Shown one piece after another: positions 52,042 through 62,902 of a DNA stretch of 64,000 nucleotides. Below the pieces are notes generated by a model, which saw only the letters and a list, made by a program, of their open reading frames with translations, searched no databases and was not told the DNA's origin. This stretch comes from Alphaproteobacteria bacterium (GTDB lineage: Bacteria > Pseudomonadota > Alphaproteobacteria > UBA11073). The position numbers and the translations under genes are program-made. Each line of letters opens with the position of its first letter. Position 1 is the stretch's first letter. The stretch covers positions 9,089 through 73,088 of the forward strand of contig OZ251979.1 in NCBI GenBank assembly GCA_965246755.1, written 5' to 3'.

Positions 52042-52798
52042 AAATAGCTTTGAAAGTAATAAACTTCTTTTAAAATAAACATATTTAATAGTAATAAACT
52101 CATTATGAGTAATTTTCGTTTAGACCATCATGTGCATGTTTTGATCCAGTTTGCCAGACATTTTGGCGTTAAAGGCAAAATCGATATTGTTAGATTAAAT
52201 GGCGCGTTTACCAATACATTTTTGGATGAAAATTCTAAATTATGCTTTCAAATGCGTAGCAGAAATACCGGTTGTCTTGTCGAAAGAAAAGAGTGGTTTC
52301 GATATAGTCTTCCTGAAATGCTTGCTCCATTGGTTGTAATTTCAGCTCCTGATTATTGGCTAAACCATTACACCTTTAATAAATACTAAAAACGATGACC
52401 CTATTAAAAGTGAATTAGCTTTTAACAGATTAAAAAAAAGATTAGCTATTTATGGATTAGACGCAGATATAAGTTGTGGTGGTAAAAACATTGGTTATAT
52501 CGGACCGCATAATAAACCAATTATTTATGACTTGGGAGCATTTAGACCGCTAGGTTATAAGTACGGCAATCAAGGCAAGCTGTTAGAAAATTTTTATCTA
52601 TCAAATCAGCCAGAGGTAAGTGATTATGAACATCAAAAACAGATTTGGCGAGAAAGATGCTATAATTTAAAAAGAATATCTCGCTTAGCTCAATCTTACG
52701 CTGATAAATACAAAGATGACTTATCGGAATTAGTTTTATTGCCTTATTTATCATCGCCATCGGGCATAAACCTGGCTGCATCTCAGCCATAACCGCCA

Positions 52799-54124
<1,326 letters not shown>

Positions 54125-54219
54125 AATCTAAAATATTTGTATAGCCCGAAATATGGTCAGATAAGGCCTTGATTTTACTATGTACTCGTGATCAAAAATT
54201 ATAATCAAACGAGGCTAGA

Positions 54220-56013
54220 ATGATCAAACCTGAAGCTAAATTTATCAGAGAAATTCTTTCATCATCTATTCAATATGAAATTCCAATATATCAAAGAGAC
54301 TACAAGTGGAGTGGGGCCGAAGCAGAAGAACTTATTAACGATCTAAAAGAAAGACAAGAAGCCAAAGCCGATAATCTTTTCTTAGGGACAATCATTCTTG
54401 AATCGAGCAAGGATGAGGGTAAAAAAGCCCAAGTTGTTGATGGCCAACAAAGATTAACTACTATCATTTTGCTTCTTATAGCTTGTCGTGAAAGAGCAAA
54501 AGTAGTTAATCAAAAACAAGCTGTTAAAATTCATGATTTTATTTCTTATTTAGACTCTAAAGGTGATGAGATCGATCGTAAACTGATCCCCTCAAAATCT
54601 ATTAAGGAAACTTTCGATTATATATCTAACTATGATTGGGCTGGAGACTTTCCTTCTATTGTTACTGTAAATGACGGAAAAAAACGCATACAAAAACAAG
54701 TGGCGCGTCAACGCAATAAAATTAAACCTATCTATGATTTTTTCTTTTACGAGCATGTATCAAAATTCGATCGTGATGCTTTAGGAGAGTTTGTTGAAGC
54801 GCTATTAAGCGCCTATGTAGTTAAAATAGATATTGATGATCCTCAAGAAGCTTTCATGATTTTTGAAAGAACAAATGCGCGTGGAGTGGATTTGGAAGTA
54901 GGTGATCTTTTAAAAAATTATTTATTTAAGCAAAGCATTGATGAGTTTGCCGCAGCCTGGGATGAAATTGTTGAAAATTCCGAAAAGACTCTTTTGAGAA
55001 TGATAAAATATTTTATCGTCTCTAAAAATGGCTATACTGCAAAAGTGAAACTTTACAAAGAAGTCCGCGATTACGCCAAAGAAATTGGTGTCGAGCAATT
55101 TGTTGAACAATTAATGGATTTTTCTAAATTTTATAAAGTTATAAGATCGGCATCTATAGTTGAGTACAAAAATTATTTGGAAATGGCGGGATTAGTAGCT
55201 TTGTCACAGGATGAAGACCGTTACAAACAGACTTATTATTCTATTGAAGGATTACGCGAGTTCAAAGTTTCGCAAATTTTTCCATTACTTTATTCAGCTG
55301 TTCAGTGCTTTATAAAATGTGGACATGGCGAAGATAGAGAGAAATCAAAAGAATTAGTGAGATTATTTGAATCTCTAGAAAAATTCCATTTCATTAATAC
55401 AGCAATCGGGGAAATGATTGGAAATAAGGTAGAAAAAGAATATGCAAGATTTTGCAAACGGTATTATGAGTCCACTGATTTCAAAGGTACTACTCAAGAA
55501 CTAATTTCTTGGCTAAAAAGTCAGTTAATTTCACGCGATGTATTTGTTTCCAAGTTTCAAGATCCAAAAATTACTGGTTATTCTACAAGTTTTAATCCTA
55601 TGGTTGCCTATATCTTTGATCGTTTTAATAACTATAGAAACAAGCCTGGTGAAAGAGTTGAAATTTTCAAACCCGATCCATCAGTTTTTAAAAAAAGCTA
55701 CAACACTGAACATTTTTTTCCACAAAATTCGTCACAGATTGATGCAAACGTAGACACAGAATATTTACACAGTATAGGTAATTTGTTGCTTATTTCAAAA
55801 CAGATGAATTCTAGCTTAGGAAATTTAACGCCATCAGATAAAATGAAATTATTAGAGGGAAAACTAAATGATAGAACACTTAATCTCGCTTATTTGAGAG
55901 AATTTATTTCTGACTATTCTTCTAAAGCAGCAGACTGGAGTGCTGAAACAATAAAGAGTCGAACCGAGACAATGGCTAAACGCGGCTATAATGAGATTTG
56001 GAAAATAGATTAA
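54220..56013 (+). CDS. GmrSD-family type IV restriction endonuclease-like protein (DUF262 + DUF1524)
   Basis: N-terminal DUF262 with YQRDYKW and the ParB-like DGQQR motif (VVDGQQRLTTIIL). C-terminal DUF1524 with the His-Me finger-like EHFFPQNS...HSIGNLLLISKQMNSSLGN. AT-rich. Confidence 0.75.
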   Translation: MIKPEAKFIREILSSSIQYEIPIYQRDYKWSGAEAEELINDLKERQEAKADNLFLGTIILESSKDEGKKAQVVDGQQRLTTIILLLIACRERAKVVNQKQAVKIHDFISYLDSKGDEIDRKLIPSKSIKETFDYISNYDWAGDFPSIVTVNDGKKRIQKQVARQRNKIKPIYDFFFYEHVSKFDRDALGEFVEALLSAYVVKIDIDDPQEAFMIFERTNARGVDLEVGDLLKNYLFKQSIDEFAAAWDEIVENSEKTLLRMIKYFIVSKNGYTAKVKLYKEVRDYAKEIGVEQFVEQLMDFSKFYKVIRSASIVEYKNYLEMAGLVALSQDEDRYKQTYYSIEGLREFKVSQIFPLLYSAVQCFIKCGHGEDREKSKELVRLFESLEKFHFINTAIGEMIGNKVEKEYARFCKRYYESTDFKGTTQELISWLKSQLISRDVFVSKFQDPKITGYSTSFNPMVAYIFDRFNNYRNKPGERVEIFKPDPSVFKKSYNTEHFFPQNSSQIDANVDTEYLHSIGNLLLISKQMNSSLGNLTPSDKMKLLEGKLNDRTLNLAYLREFISDYSSKAADWSAETIKSRTETMAKRGYNEIWKID

Positions 56014-56101
56014 CGAACGACTATAAACCAGATTAGGATGTATCAGTTCCCCCTCCGTTCTCACTTTTTTTATGGGGCCTTTATGTTACGATTGACGGTC
56101 G

Positions 56102-56770
56102 ATGATTCCGAAACTCCCCATTAAAATTGCGCCATCGGTTTTGGCGGCAGATTTCACAAAATTAGGTGAGGAAATCCGCGCCATCGATGCGGCGGGAGCG
56201 GATTATATTCATCTGGATGTCATGGATGGGCATTTTGTGCCGAATATTTCGTTTGGCCCGGCGATTATCAAGCAACTGCGCCCGCTGACGCAAAAGCCAT
56301 TCGATGTGCATTTGATGGTGGCGCCGGTTGATCCGCTGCTCGCGCCCTTTATTGATGCGGGTGCTGATATCATCTCCGTCCACCCGGAATCCGGCCCGCA
56401 TTTGCATCGCACGCTGCAAACCATCAAGGCCGCCGGCTGCAAGGCGGGCGTTGTCCTTAACCCCGCAACGCCGATCAGCATGCTGGACGATGTCATCGAC
56501 ATGCTGGACCTTATTTTAGTTATGACGGTCAACCCCGGTTTTGGCGGGCAGTCATTTATCCCGCTGCTCGAAAAAATCGCGCGCGTGCGCCAGAAAATTA
56601 CGCTGTCCGGCCGCGCGATTGACCTGCAGCTGGATGGTGGCATCACACCTGAAACCGCGCCGGATGCCGTGGCCGCAGGTGCCGATGTCCTCGTCGCCGG
56701 GACGGCGATTTTCGGCAAAGGCCAGGCCAATTACGCCAGTATTATTCAGCAATTGCGGGGCGGTGTATAA
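56102..56770 (+). CDS. rpe: Ribulose-phosphate 3-epimerase
   Basis: IAPSVLAADFTKLGEEIRAIDAAGADYIHLDVMDGHFVPNISFGP and the C-terminal VAAGADVLVAGTAIF. Confidence 0.92.
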   Translation: MIPKLPIKIAPSVLAADFTKLGEEIRAIDAAGADYIHLDVMDGHFVPNISFGPAIIKQLRPLTQKPFDVHLMVAPVDPLLAPFIDAGADIISVHPESGPHLHRTLQTIKAAGCKAGVVLNPATPISMLDDVIDMLDLILVMTVNPGFGGQSFIPLLEKIARVRQKITLSGRAIDLQLDGGITPETAPDAVAAGADVLVAGTAIFGKGQANYASIIQQLRGGV

Positions 56771-58413
56771 TGGGCCTGCCACTCCTTAAAACTGACACGC
56801 CGCCGCTGGGTAAATCGCTCAAATCACTGTTTTTCGGCAGCCCGATTTACAAATTGACGCTGGCACGTGATGCACCCGCGCAATTAAATATCCCGCCCCA
56901 AGACACCTGGCCCGCGGATGCGGATGCCGGGATTCAATTGGCCAGTGGTAATTTCGCGTTCGCCGGGCAAAGTCATGAATGCCCGTTGCCAAACTTTTCG
57001 CCATATGGCGCCAATGACGCGTGGCGCCAGGCCGTGCAATCATTCTGCTGGCTGCGTGATCTGCGCGCGGCGGGGGGCGATGCCGCACGGCGCACCGCGC
57101 GCAAATGGGTGCAGGCCTGGCTTGACGCGTATCACGATTATGAAGCGCAATGCTGGGCACCCGGCGTCATGGGCCGCCGTCTGGCCAACTGGGTGTTGCT
57201 GCATGATTTTTTCTGCGCCAGCGCCGATGATGATTTCCGCTATATGGTGTATGACAGTATCGCGCGGCAATCCTGTCATCTGGCGCGCATCTTGCCGGAC
57301 GGTCTGTCAGGTCTAGAATTACTGGAGGCTTTGAAAGGCCTCATTCTGGCATCGCTGGCACTGCCGGAACGGAATGTTTATCTGGCATCCGGCTTGCGCC
57401 AGTATGCCCAGGCACTGCAATCACAATTTCTGGATGATGGCGGCCATAGCAGCCGGTCGCCCGCCGCGCTGTTTGACGCCTTGCGCGGCGCGGTGGAAAT
57501 CCGCGCCGCTTTACATGCCCAGCGCCGCCCGGTGCCGCAGGAAATTCAGGATGCTATTGCCCGCGGCGGCATCGCGCTTAAATTCTTCCGGCATGGCGAT
57601 GGCGGCTTTGCGCTGTTCAACGGCGCGCAGGAGGCGCGCGGCGTTATGGTGGATGCCGTCTTGTCGCAGGCGGATATTAAAGGCCGCACGCTGAAATCGG
57701 CAGGGGCCTCCGGTTTTGAACGGCTGTCCGCGGGCCGGAGTTTGCTAATCATGGATTGCGGCACGCCGGCGGTGGCGCCCAATACGCACGCCGGCACGCT
57801 GTCATTTGAACTATCAGTGGGGCGCGAACGGCTGATCAGCAATTGCGGTGCCTGGCCCGGTATGGGCGCCTGGCGTGCCGCGCTATCCTCCACGCCGGCA
57901 CATAGCACGCTGACCTTGCAGGATGCCAATTCCTGTGAATTCGCGGGGTCGGGCGCAGTGGTCCGCCGCATCAAACGCCGCGCCTCTTTTGTCACGGTAA
58001 CGCGCGATGACCAGCAAGGGGATTGCCAGCTGGAGGCCACGCATGACGGTTATCGCGCCCAATATGGCATACTGCACCGGCGCACGTTGCAGTTACTGCA
58101 AAATGGCGAGGAATTGAATGGTGAGGATGCACTGATCGGCGACTGCGCGGGGTTGCAGGCGGCGATCCGGTTTCACTTGCACCCGACCGTGCAGGCGTCA
58201 TTGACCAGCGACGGCGGCGCGGTGTTGCTGCGGCTGCCGTCCGGCATCGGCTGGCGGTTCCGCTGTAACGGTGCGATGCTGGGCCTCGAATCCTCTATTT
58301 ACCTGGGCCAAGGCGATCAGCCGCGCCGCACGCTGCAACTGGTGCTGACGACACAAACGCAGGGGCCGCAGACGAAAGTACAGTGGCGGTTGAGTAGAGA
58401 GAAGCGCGGCTAG
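56770..58413 (+). CDS. Conserved alphaproteobacterial protein, heparinase II/III-like (tentative)
   Basis: 547 aa with backbone-like GC. The N-terminus, size and gene neighbourhood (rpe, pur genes) resemble the heparinase II/III family proteins annotated in alphaproteobacteria. The assignment is from memory of the family. Confidence 0.35.
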   Translation: MGLPLLKTDTPPLGKSLKSLFFGSPIYKLTLARDAPAQLNIPPQDTWPADADAGIQLASGNFAFAGQSHECPLPNFSPYGANDAWRQAVQSFCWLRDLRAAGGDAARRTARKWVQAWLDAYHDYEAQCWAPGVMGRRLANWVLLHDFFCASADDDFRYMVYDSIARQSCHLARILPDGLSGLELLEALKGLILASLALPERNVYLASGLRQYAQALQSQFLDDGGHSSRSPAALFDALRGAVEIRAALHAQRRPVPQEIQDAIARGGIALKFFRHGDGGFALFNGAQEARGVMVDAVLSQADIKGRTLKSAGASGFERLSAGRSLLIMDCGTPAVAPNTHAGTLSFELSVGRERLISNCGAWPGMGAWRAALSSTPAHSTLTLQDANSCEFAGSGAVVRRIKRRASFVTVTRDDQQGDCQLEATHDGYRAQYGILHRRTLQLLQNGEELNGEDALIGDCAGLQAAIRFHLHPTVQASLTSDGGAVLLRLPSGIGWRFRCNGAMLGLESSIYLGQGDQPRRTLQLVLTTQTQGPQTKVQWRLSREKRG

Positions 58414-58509
58414 TAAATAAACGCTGCGAGAAGCACGGATAATTTAACACGCGGCCTTCCGCCATTTTGCAAATCGCGTTATACAATCATCCCTCAAGGA
58501 TTTGTTTAG

Positions 58510-60564
58510 ATGCCCAGCCTCATCATTGACGGAATTAATATTGAAGTTGAAAACGGCACGTCGATTTTTCAGGCGTGTCAGCAGCTGGGGATTGAGGTGC
58601 CGCATTTCTGTTATCACGACCGGCTGAAGGTCGCGGGAAATTGCCGCATGTGCCTGGTGCAGGTGAAGGGCGCCCCCAAGCCGGTTGCCAGTTGCACGCA
58701 ACCCTGCAGCGACAATATGGAGGTCCTGACCAACAGCGAGATGACGCACAAGGCGCGCAAGGGCGTGATGGAAATGCTGCTGATCAACCACCCGCTCGAT
58801 TGCCCGATCTGCGACCAGGGCGGCGAATGCGACCTGCAGGACCAGGCCATGGGTTATGGGTTTGACCGGTCGCGTTATCAGGAAAACAAGCGCGCGGTCG
58901 TCGATAAAAATTTTGGTCCCCTGATCAAAACCTCCATGACGCGCTGCATCCAATGCACGCGCTGTGTCAGGTTTTCAGATGAAATTGCGGGGAATGACGA
59001 GCTGGGCGCCTTCGGCCGCGGCGAGCATATGGAAATCGGCACCTATATCGAAAAGGCGGTAACCTCGGAGCTATCGGGCAATCTGGTGGATGTGTGCCCG
59101 GTGGGGGCGCTGACCTCCAAACCCTATGCTTTCAAGGCACGGCCGTGGGAACTCAGGAAAACCGAAAGCATTGATGTGCTGGATGCGGTGGGCAGCAACA
59201 TTCGCATCGATGCGCGCGGCGGCGAAGTGATGCGAATTCTGCCGCGTTTGAATGAAGATATTAATGAAGAATGGATTGGCGATAAAACGCGCTATGCCTA
59301 TGACGGTTTGAAACGTCAGCGGCTCGACAAACCCTATGTGCGCGTCAATGGCAAATTGCAGGCTGTCACCTGGGATAAGGCCTTTCAGACGATTGCCGAT
59401 GTCTTGGCGCCGCTCAAGGGCAGCGAAATTGCCGCCATTTCCGGCGACCTGTGCGCGGCGGAAGAACTGATCGCGCTCAAGCGTTTGATGGAAGGTTTGG
59501 GTTCGCATAATCTGGATTGCCGCCAGCGCAGCGAGACGTTTGATACGACGCAGCGCAGCGGTTATCTGTTCAATTCGACCATTGCCGGGATCGATAGCGC
59601 GGATGTGATTGTTTTGGTCGGCACTAATCCACGGGTTGAGGCACCTATCATCAATGCCCGTATCCGCAAGGCTGTGCGCCAACGGAATGTAGCGGTGTCG
59701 GTTATCGGCACAGCGTATGATCTTGCCTATGCTTATGAACATATCGGTGATGTGTCGAGCGTCCTGCAGCAGATTGCTGACGGCCGCCACAGTTTGGCGG
59801 AGGTGTTGAAAAATGCCAAACAGCCTATGGTTATCGTTGGTCAGGGCGCGCTCAACCGCCGTGATGGCGCGGCAGTACAGGCAGCGCTGGCACGCATTGC
59901 CAATCAGTATCTGCAACGCGATGGTTGGAATGGCTTTAATGTATTGCACACATCAACCGGCCTCGTGACAGGCTTAGAGGTTGGCTTCACGCCGCACAAG
60001 CGTGAGGCGCGGGACACCGCCGGTATCTATGCCGGTTGCGCCAATGGCGACATTCGCGCGGTGTATTTATTAAACGCGGATGAGATTAACATCGCGGCGC
60101 TGAAACAAACATTTGTCATTTACCAGGGGCATCATGGCGACCGTGCCGCGGCGCGTGCGGATGTGATTTTGCCGGGCTGTGCCTATACCGAAAAGAACGG
60201 CACCTATGTAAATACCGAAGGCCGCGCCCAACAGGCGCGCGCCGCGGTTTATCCCCTTGGCGAGGCCAAGGAAGACTGGAAAATCATTCGTGCATTGTCA
60301 GATTATCTGGGCGCCGGTTTGGATTATATCAGCATCGCCGATGTGCGTGACGATCTAGCCAAGCATAGCGATGCGTTTAAAAATATCGGTCACATTGTGC
60401 CCGCACCTGTCCGCGATTTTGGCACACCGGGGCCGATTGACCCGACGCCGTTTATCTCACCGGTTAATAATTATTATATGACCGATGTTATCTCCCGCGC
60501 CTCGGAAACGATGGCCAAATGCGTAATGGAACTGTTGCCGCAGTCGGAATTAAAAGCGGCATGA
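58510..60564 (+). CDS. nuoG: NADH-quinone oxidoreductase subunit G
   Basis: 75-kDa subunit with the N-terminal [2Fe-2S] CYHDRLKVAGNCRMCLV, [4Fe-4S] CIQCTRCVRF and CPVGALT motifs, and a molybdopterin-like C-domain. Confidence 0.95.
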   Translation: MPSLIIDGINIEVENGTSIFQACQQLGIEVPHFCYHDRLKVAGNCRMCLVQVKGAPKPVASCTQPCSDNMEVLTNSEMTHKARKGVMEMLLINHPLDCPICDQGGECDLQDQAMGYGFDRSRYQENKRAVVDKNFGPLIKTSMTRCIQCTRCVRFSDEIAGNDELGAFGRGEHMEIGTYIEKAVTSELSGNLVDVCPVGALTSKPYAFKARPWELRKTESIDVLDAVGSNIRIDARGGEVMRILPRLNEDINEEWIGDKTRYAYDGLKRQRLDKPYVRVNGKLQAVTWDKAFQTIADVLAPLKGSEIAAISGDLCAAEELIALKRLMEGLGSHNLDCRQRSETFDTTQRSGYLFNSTIAGIDSADVIVLVGTNPRVEAPIINARIRKAVRQRNVAVSVIGTAYDLAYAYEHIGDVSSVLQQIADGRHSLAEVLKNAKQPMVIVGQGALNRRDGAAVQAALARIANQYLQRDGWNGFNVLHTSTGLVTGLEVGFTPHKREARDTAGIYAGCANGDIRAVYLLNADEINIAALKQTFVIYQGHHGDRAAARADVILPGCAYTEKNGTYVNTEGRAQQARAAVYPLGEAKEDWKIIRALSDYLGAGLDYISIADVRDDLAKHSDAFKNIGHIVPAPVRDFGTPGPIDPTPFISPVNNYYMTDVISRASETMAKCVMELLPQSELKAA

Positions 60565-60795
60565 CAAAATTACGCAGCGTCAAAAAATTAAAAACTAAGC
60601 TGGTCGATGTGTTTAATGGTTATACACGCGGTCCAAGAATGATTGTTGGGAAACCTATGCCGGATGATTTTTTACCATCCGGCAAGATTAAACGTAAAAA
60701 AATTACAAAGTGATAGTCATAACGGCTGGATTGACAGTTTTACCTGCTTCAACCGCTGCATCTGCTTCTTCCGCTGGCATGTATTGACGATTATG

Positions 60796-61388
60796 CTATT
60801 TTCCTAAATCGTCACCGTGTTTCCAGCATTTAGTTAGGATTTGAACAGCAGCGCCATACATAAAACCAGTAATTCCTTCGTTATCAGCCTCATGAGATGA
60901 TTTATCTGCAATATCAAACAGGCTTGCCCCATCTTCCATTTTAACCTGCATAATTTTCATCCAACGTGCAGCATAATTCATGATACCTGCTCCATAACCA
61001 TCCTGATTTGCATCAAGCCATTGTTGCCAAGCTTGAAAGTCTTTTAAATCCAAATCGGTATTTGCAATAGTTTCATCTATTTGTGCATCAAGCACCTTGC
61101 GTTTTTTATTTTGATAAGCGTGTTTACGCTTAGAGGCACGACCTTCGGGAGAGTTTTTCCATAATTGATTTTCGTCATCCGTTTTAGCAAAATAATTTGC
61201 TACAATTTCATTTTGTACACTGTCGGCTTTAACTGGAATTAAAATACCATTGAATTCAAGAACAACAGGTTTTATCCCCCCCCCCGACGGCGAACAGGCG
61301 GATTATTTGCCAGTAAAACAACATCCACTGCTGCATCAGTAATATTATCGCCTGGTCTTGGTTTGTAAATTTTTATCGATTTGCCCAT
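60796..61388 (-). pseudogene. 197-codon hypothetical gene interrupted by a poly-G(10) tract, a phase-variable or frameshifted candidate
   Basis: An N-terminal 38-codon ORF (61388-61272, MGKSIKIYKPRPGDNITDAAVDVVLLANNPPVRRRGGG*) and a C-terminal ORF (61095-60796) sit in different frames. An open frame continues from the tract (61276-61285, C10 on the plus strand) into the C-terminal ORF, and an 11-nt tract would fuse them. AT-rich. Confidence 0.5.
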
Positions 61389-61514
61389 GTTTTATCTCCT
61401 TAAATATGGGTTGGTTGCCATCTAAGTTAACAGTGAAAGTAATTTTTAAACAAGTTTTTTAATACTTTCATAAAATTTACTGGCAGTCGTATCACACTTG
61501 TGATACATTTCTTT

Positions 61515-61697
61515 ATGACCAGAACAACAGTTATCCATGTACGCATTGACGCAGATCTGAAAGATAAGGCACAAAAATTGTTCAAACAAATGGGGATGTC
61601 GATGACAGAGGCTATCACCATTTTTCTAACGCAAGTTGTTAATGAAGAGCGCTTACCGTTTGAGGTAAAAATATCAAAAACTAAACGTACGAAGTGA
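61515..61697 (+). CDS. dinJ: RelB/DinJ-family antitoxin, apparently orphan
   Basis: MTRTTVIHVRIDADLKDKAQKLFKQMGMSMTEAITIFLTQVVNEERLPFE matches the DinJ/RelB family. No YafQ/RelE-like ORF follows, and the downstream 200 bp is non-coding hairpin repeats. Confidence 0.65.
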   Translation: MTRTTVIHVRIDADLKDKAQKLFKQMGMSMTEAITIFLTQVVNEERLPFEVKISKTKRTK

Positions 61698-61713
61698 TTG
61701 GACAAAGAAGCTC

Positions 61714-61875
61714 CCTCTCCCTAGCAGGGAGAGGATAGACATTCTTAGCGAATGCGTAGCAGAGCTTTAGAATGTCTTGGTGAGGGGTAACTGTTGAAGT
61801 TACCCTTCACCCGAATTGCTAAAGCGCGCCCCAAGAAGCGCGCTAAGCAGTTCGACCTCTCCCTATAAGGGAGAG
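61714..61875. repeat. Cluster of four small palindromic hairpin repeats (CTCTCCCT-N3-4-AGGGAGAG family plus two others)
   Basis: Hairpins at 61714-61734 (CCTCTCCCT agc AGGGAGAGG), 61779-61811 (GGTGAGGGGTAAC...GTTACCCTTCACC), 61818-61848 (AAGCGCGC...GCGCGCTT) and 61857-61875 (CTCTCCCT ataa AGGGAGAG). A related CTTCTCCCT-tg-AGGGAGAAG hairpin sits at 31565-31584. Confidence 0.55.
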
Positions 61876-61902
61876 CAAGACCTTGAGCGAAACGTCTTTA
61901 AC

Positions 61903-62478
61903 TTACTTTGCAGCAGCAGCCGGTTTCGCCGCACCCGCCTCATCAGCTGCGACTTGCAGTTTGATGATTTTGTCCGGGTTTTGCGGCGGCTCACCGCGTT
62001 TAATTTTATCAACATTGTCCATGCCGCTGACAACTTCACCAACGACCGTATATTGATTGTCGAGGAAACGCGCGTCTTTGAAGCAGATGAAGAACTGGCT
62101 GTCCGCGCTGTCCGGTGATGAGGAGCGCGCCATGCCCACCGTGCCGCGCACGAACGGCTGCGCCGAAAATTCGGCTTTAATTTTTTTGCCGGAACCGCCC
62201 GAGCCGGTGCCGGTTGGGTCACCGGTTTGCGCCATAAAACCATCAATCACGCGGTGGAAAACGATGCCGTTGTAAAAGCCCTGGCGCGCCAGTTCCTTGA
62301 TACGCGTCACGTGGTTGGGCGCGAGATCAGGGCGCAGTTTGATTGTGACCGGGCCATTCGCCAGTGTCAGCACCAGCGTGTTTTCAGGGTCGGTTGAGGG
62401 GGTTGGCGTCGCATCGGCGGCCATGGCGGCGTTGGTCATAAAGAGTAATCCTAAGGCTAGGGTGATGGTTTTGAACAT
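61903..62478 (-). CDS. ppiA: Periplasmic peptidyl-prolyl cis-trans isomerase, cyclophilin type
   Basis: Signal peptide plus the cyclophilin motifs FHRVIDGFMAQTGDPTGTGSGG and QFFICF. Confidence 0.9.
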   Translation of the reverse strand: MFKTITLALGLLFMTNAAMAADATPTPSTDPENTLVLTLANGPVTIKLRPDLAPNHVTRIKELARQGFYNGIVFHRVIDGFMAQTGDPTGTGSGGSGKKIKAEFSAQPFVRGTVGMARSSSPDSADSQFFICFKDARFLDNQYTVVGEVVSGMDNVDKIKRGEPPQNPDKIIKLQVAADEAGAAKPAAAAK

Positions 62479-62543
62479 TTGAAATCCTTTAGATAAATTG
62501 TAGTAGGCTCATTAAGATATGCCAAGAGATAATATTAGAAGAA

Positions 62544-62831
62544 ATGTCTAAAAATGTTATATGTCATGATATGGAACAAACAAAATCAATAAACTTCCCG
62601 CCATTTCTAAAATGGCTAATTTTTGTTATAATTTTTGTGTGGCTTGATAACTATCTTTATTGGGAAATTCCATCTCCCGACAGACAATATTTACTTAAGC
62701 AGTTTTTCGATAATTTTGTTTTCTTTGCGCCTGCGCCAATTTTTTTTGGTTATTTTACAGATTTATACTATAATAAAAAAATTGCGTTCAAAAAATTTAA
62801 CGTTAATAAAATTGTTTTTAATGACAATTAG
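62544..62831 (+). CDS. Small AT-rich hydrophobic protein (hypothetical)
   Basis: 95-aa ORF with one or two TM helices in an AT-rich 400-bp insert between ppiA and purD. Weak evidence. Confidence 0.2.
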   Translation: MSKNVICHDMEQTKSINFPPFLKWLIFVIIFVWLDNYLYWEIPSPDRQYLLKQFFDNFVFFAPAPIFFGYFTDLYYNKKIAFKKFNVNKIVFNDN

Positions 62832-62902
62832 TCTTCACATTATAATGATGTTTTTTATTTGTTTTGTGAGATGTCGGCTACAGTTTAAAACACTAGTTAA
62901 AA

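Noticed and set aside
59071-59949. 292-aa minus-strand ORF inside nuoG
   Set aside because: Antisense to nuoG.
61816-62118. 100-aa plus-strand ORF spanning the hairpin cluster and ppiA
   Set aside because: It starts inside palindromic repeats and runs antisense through ppiA, so it is not credible.
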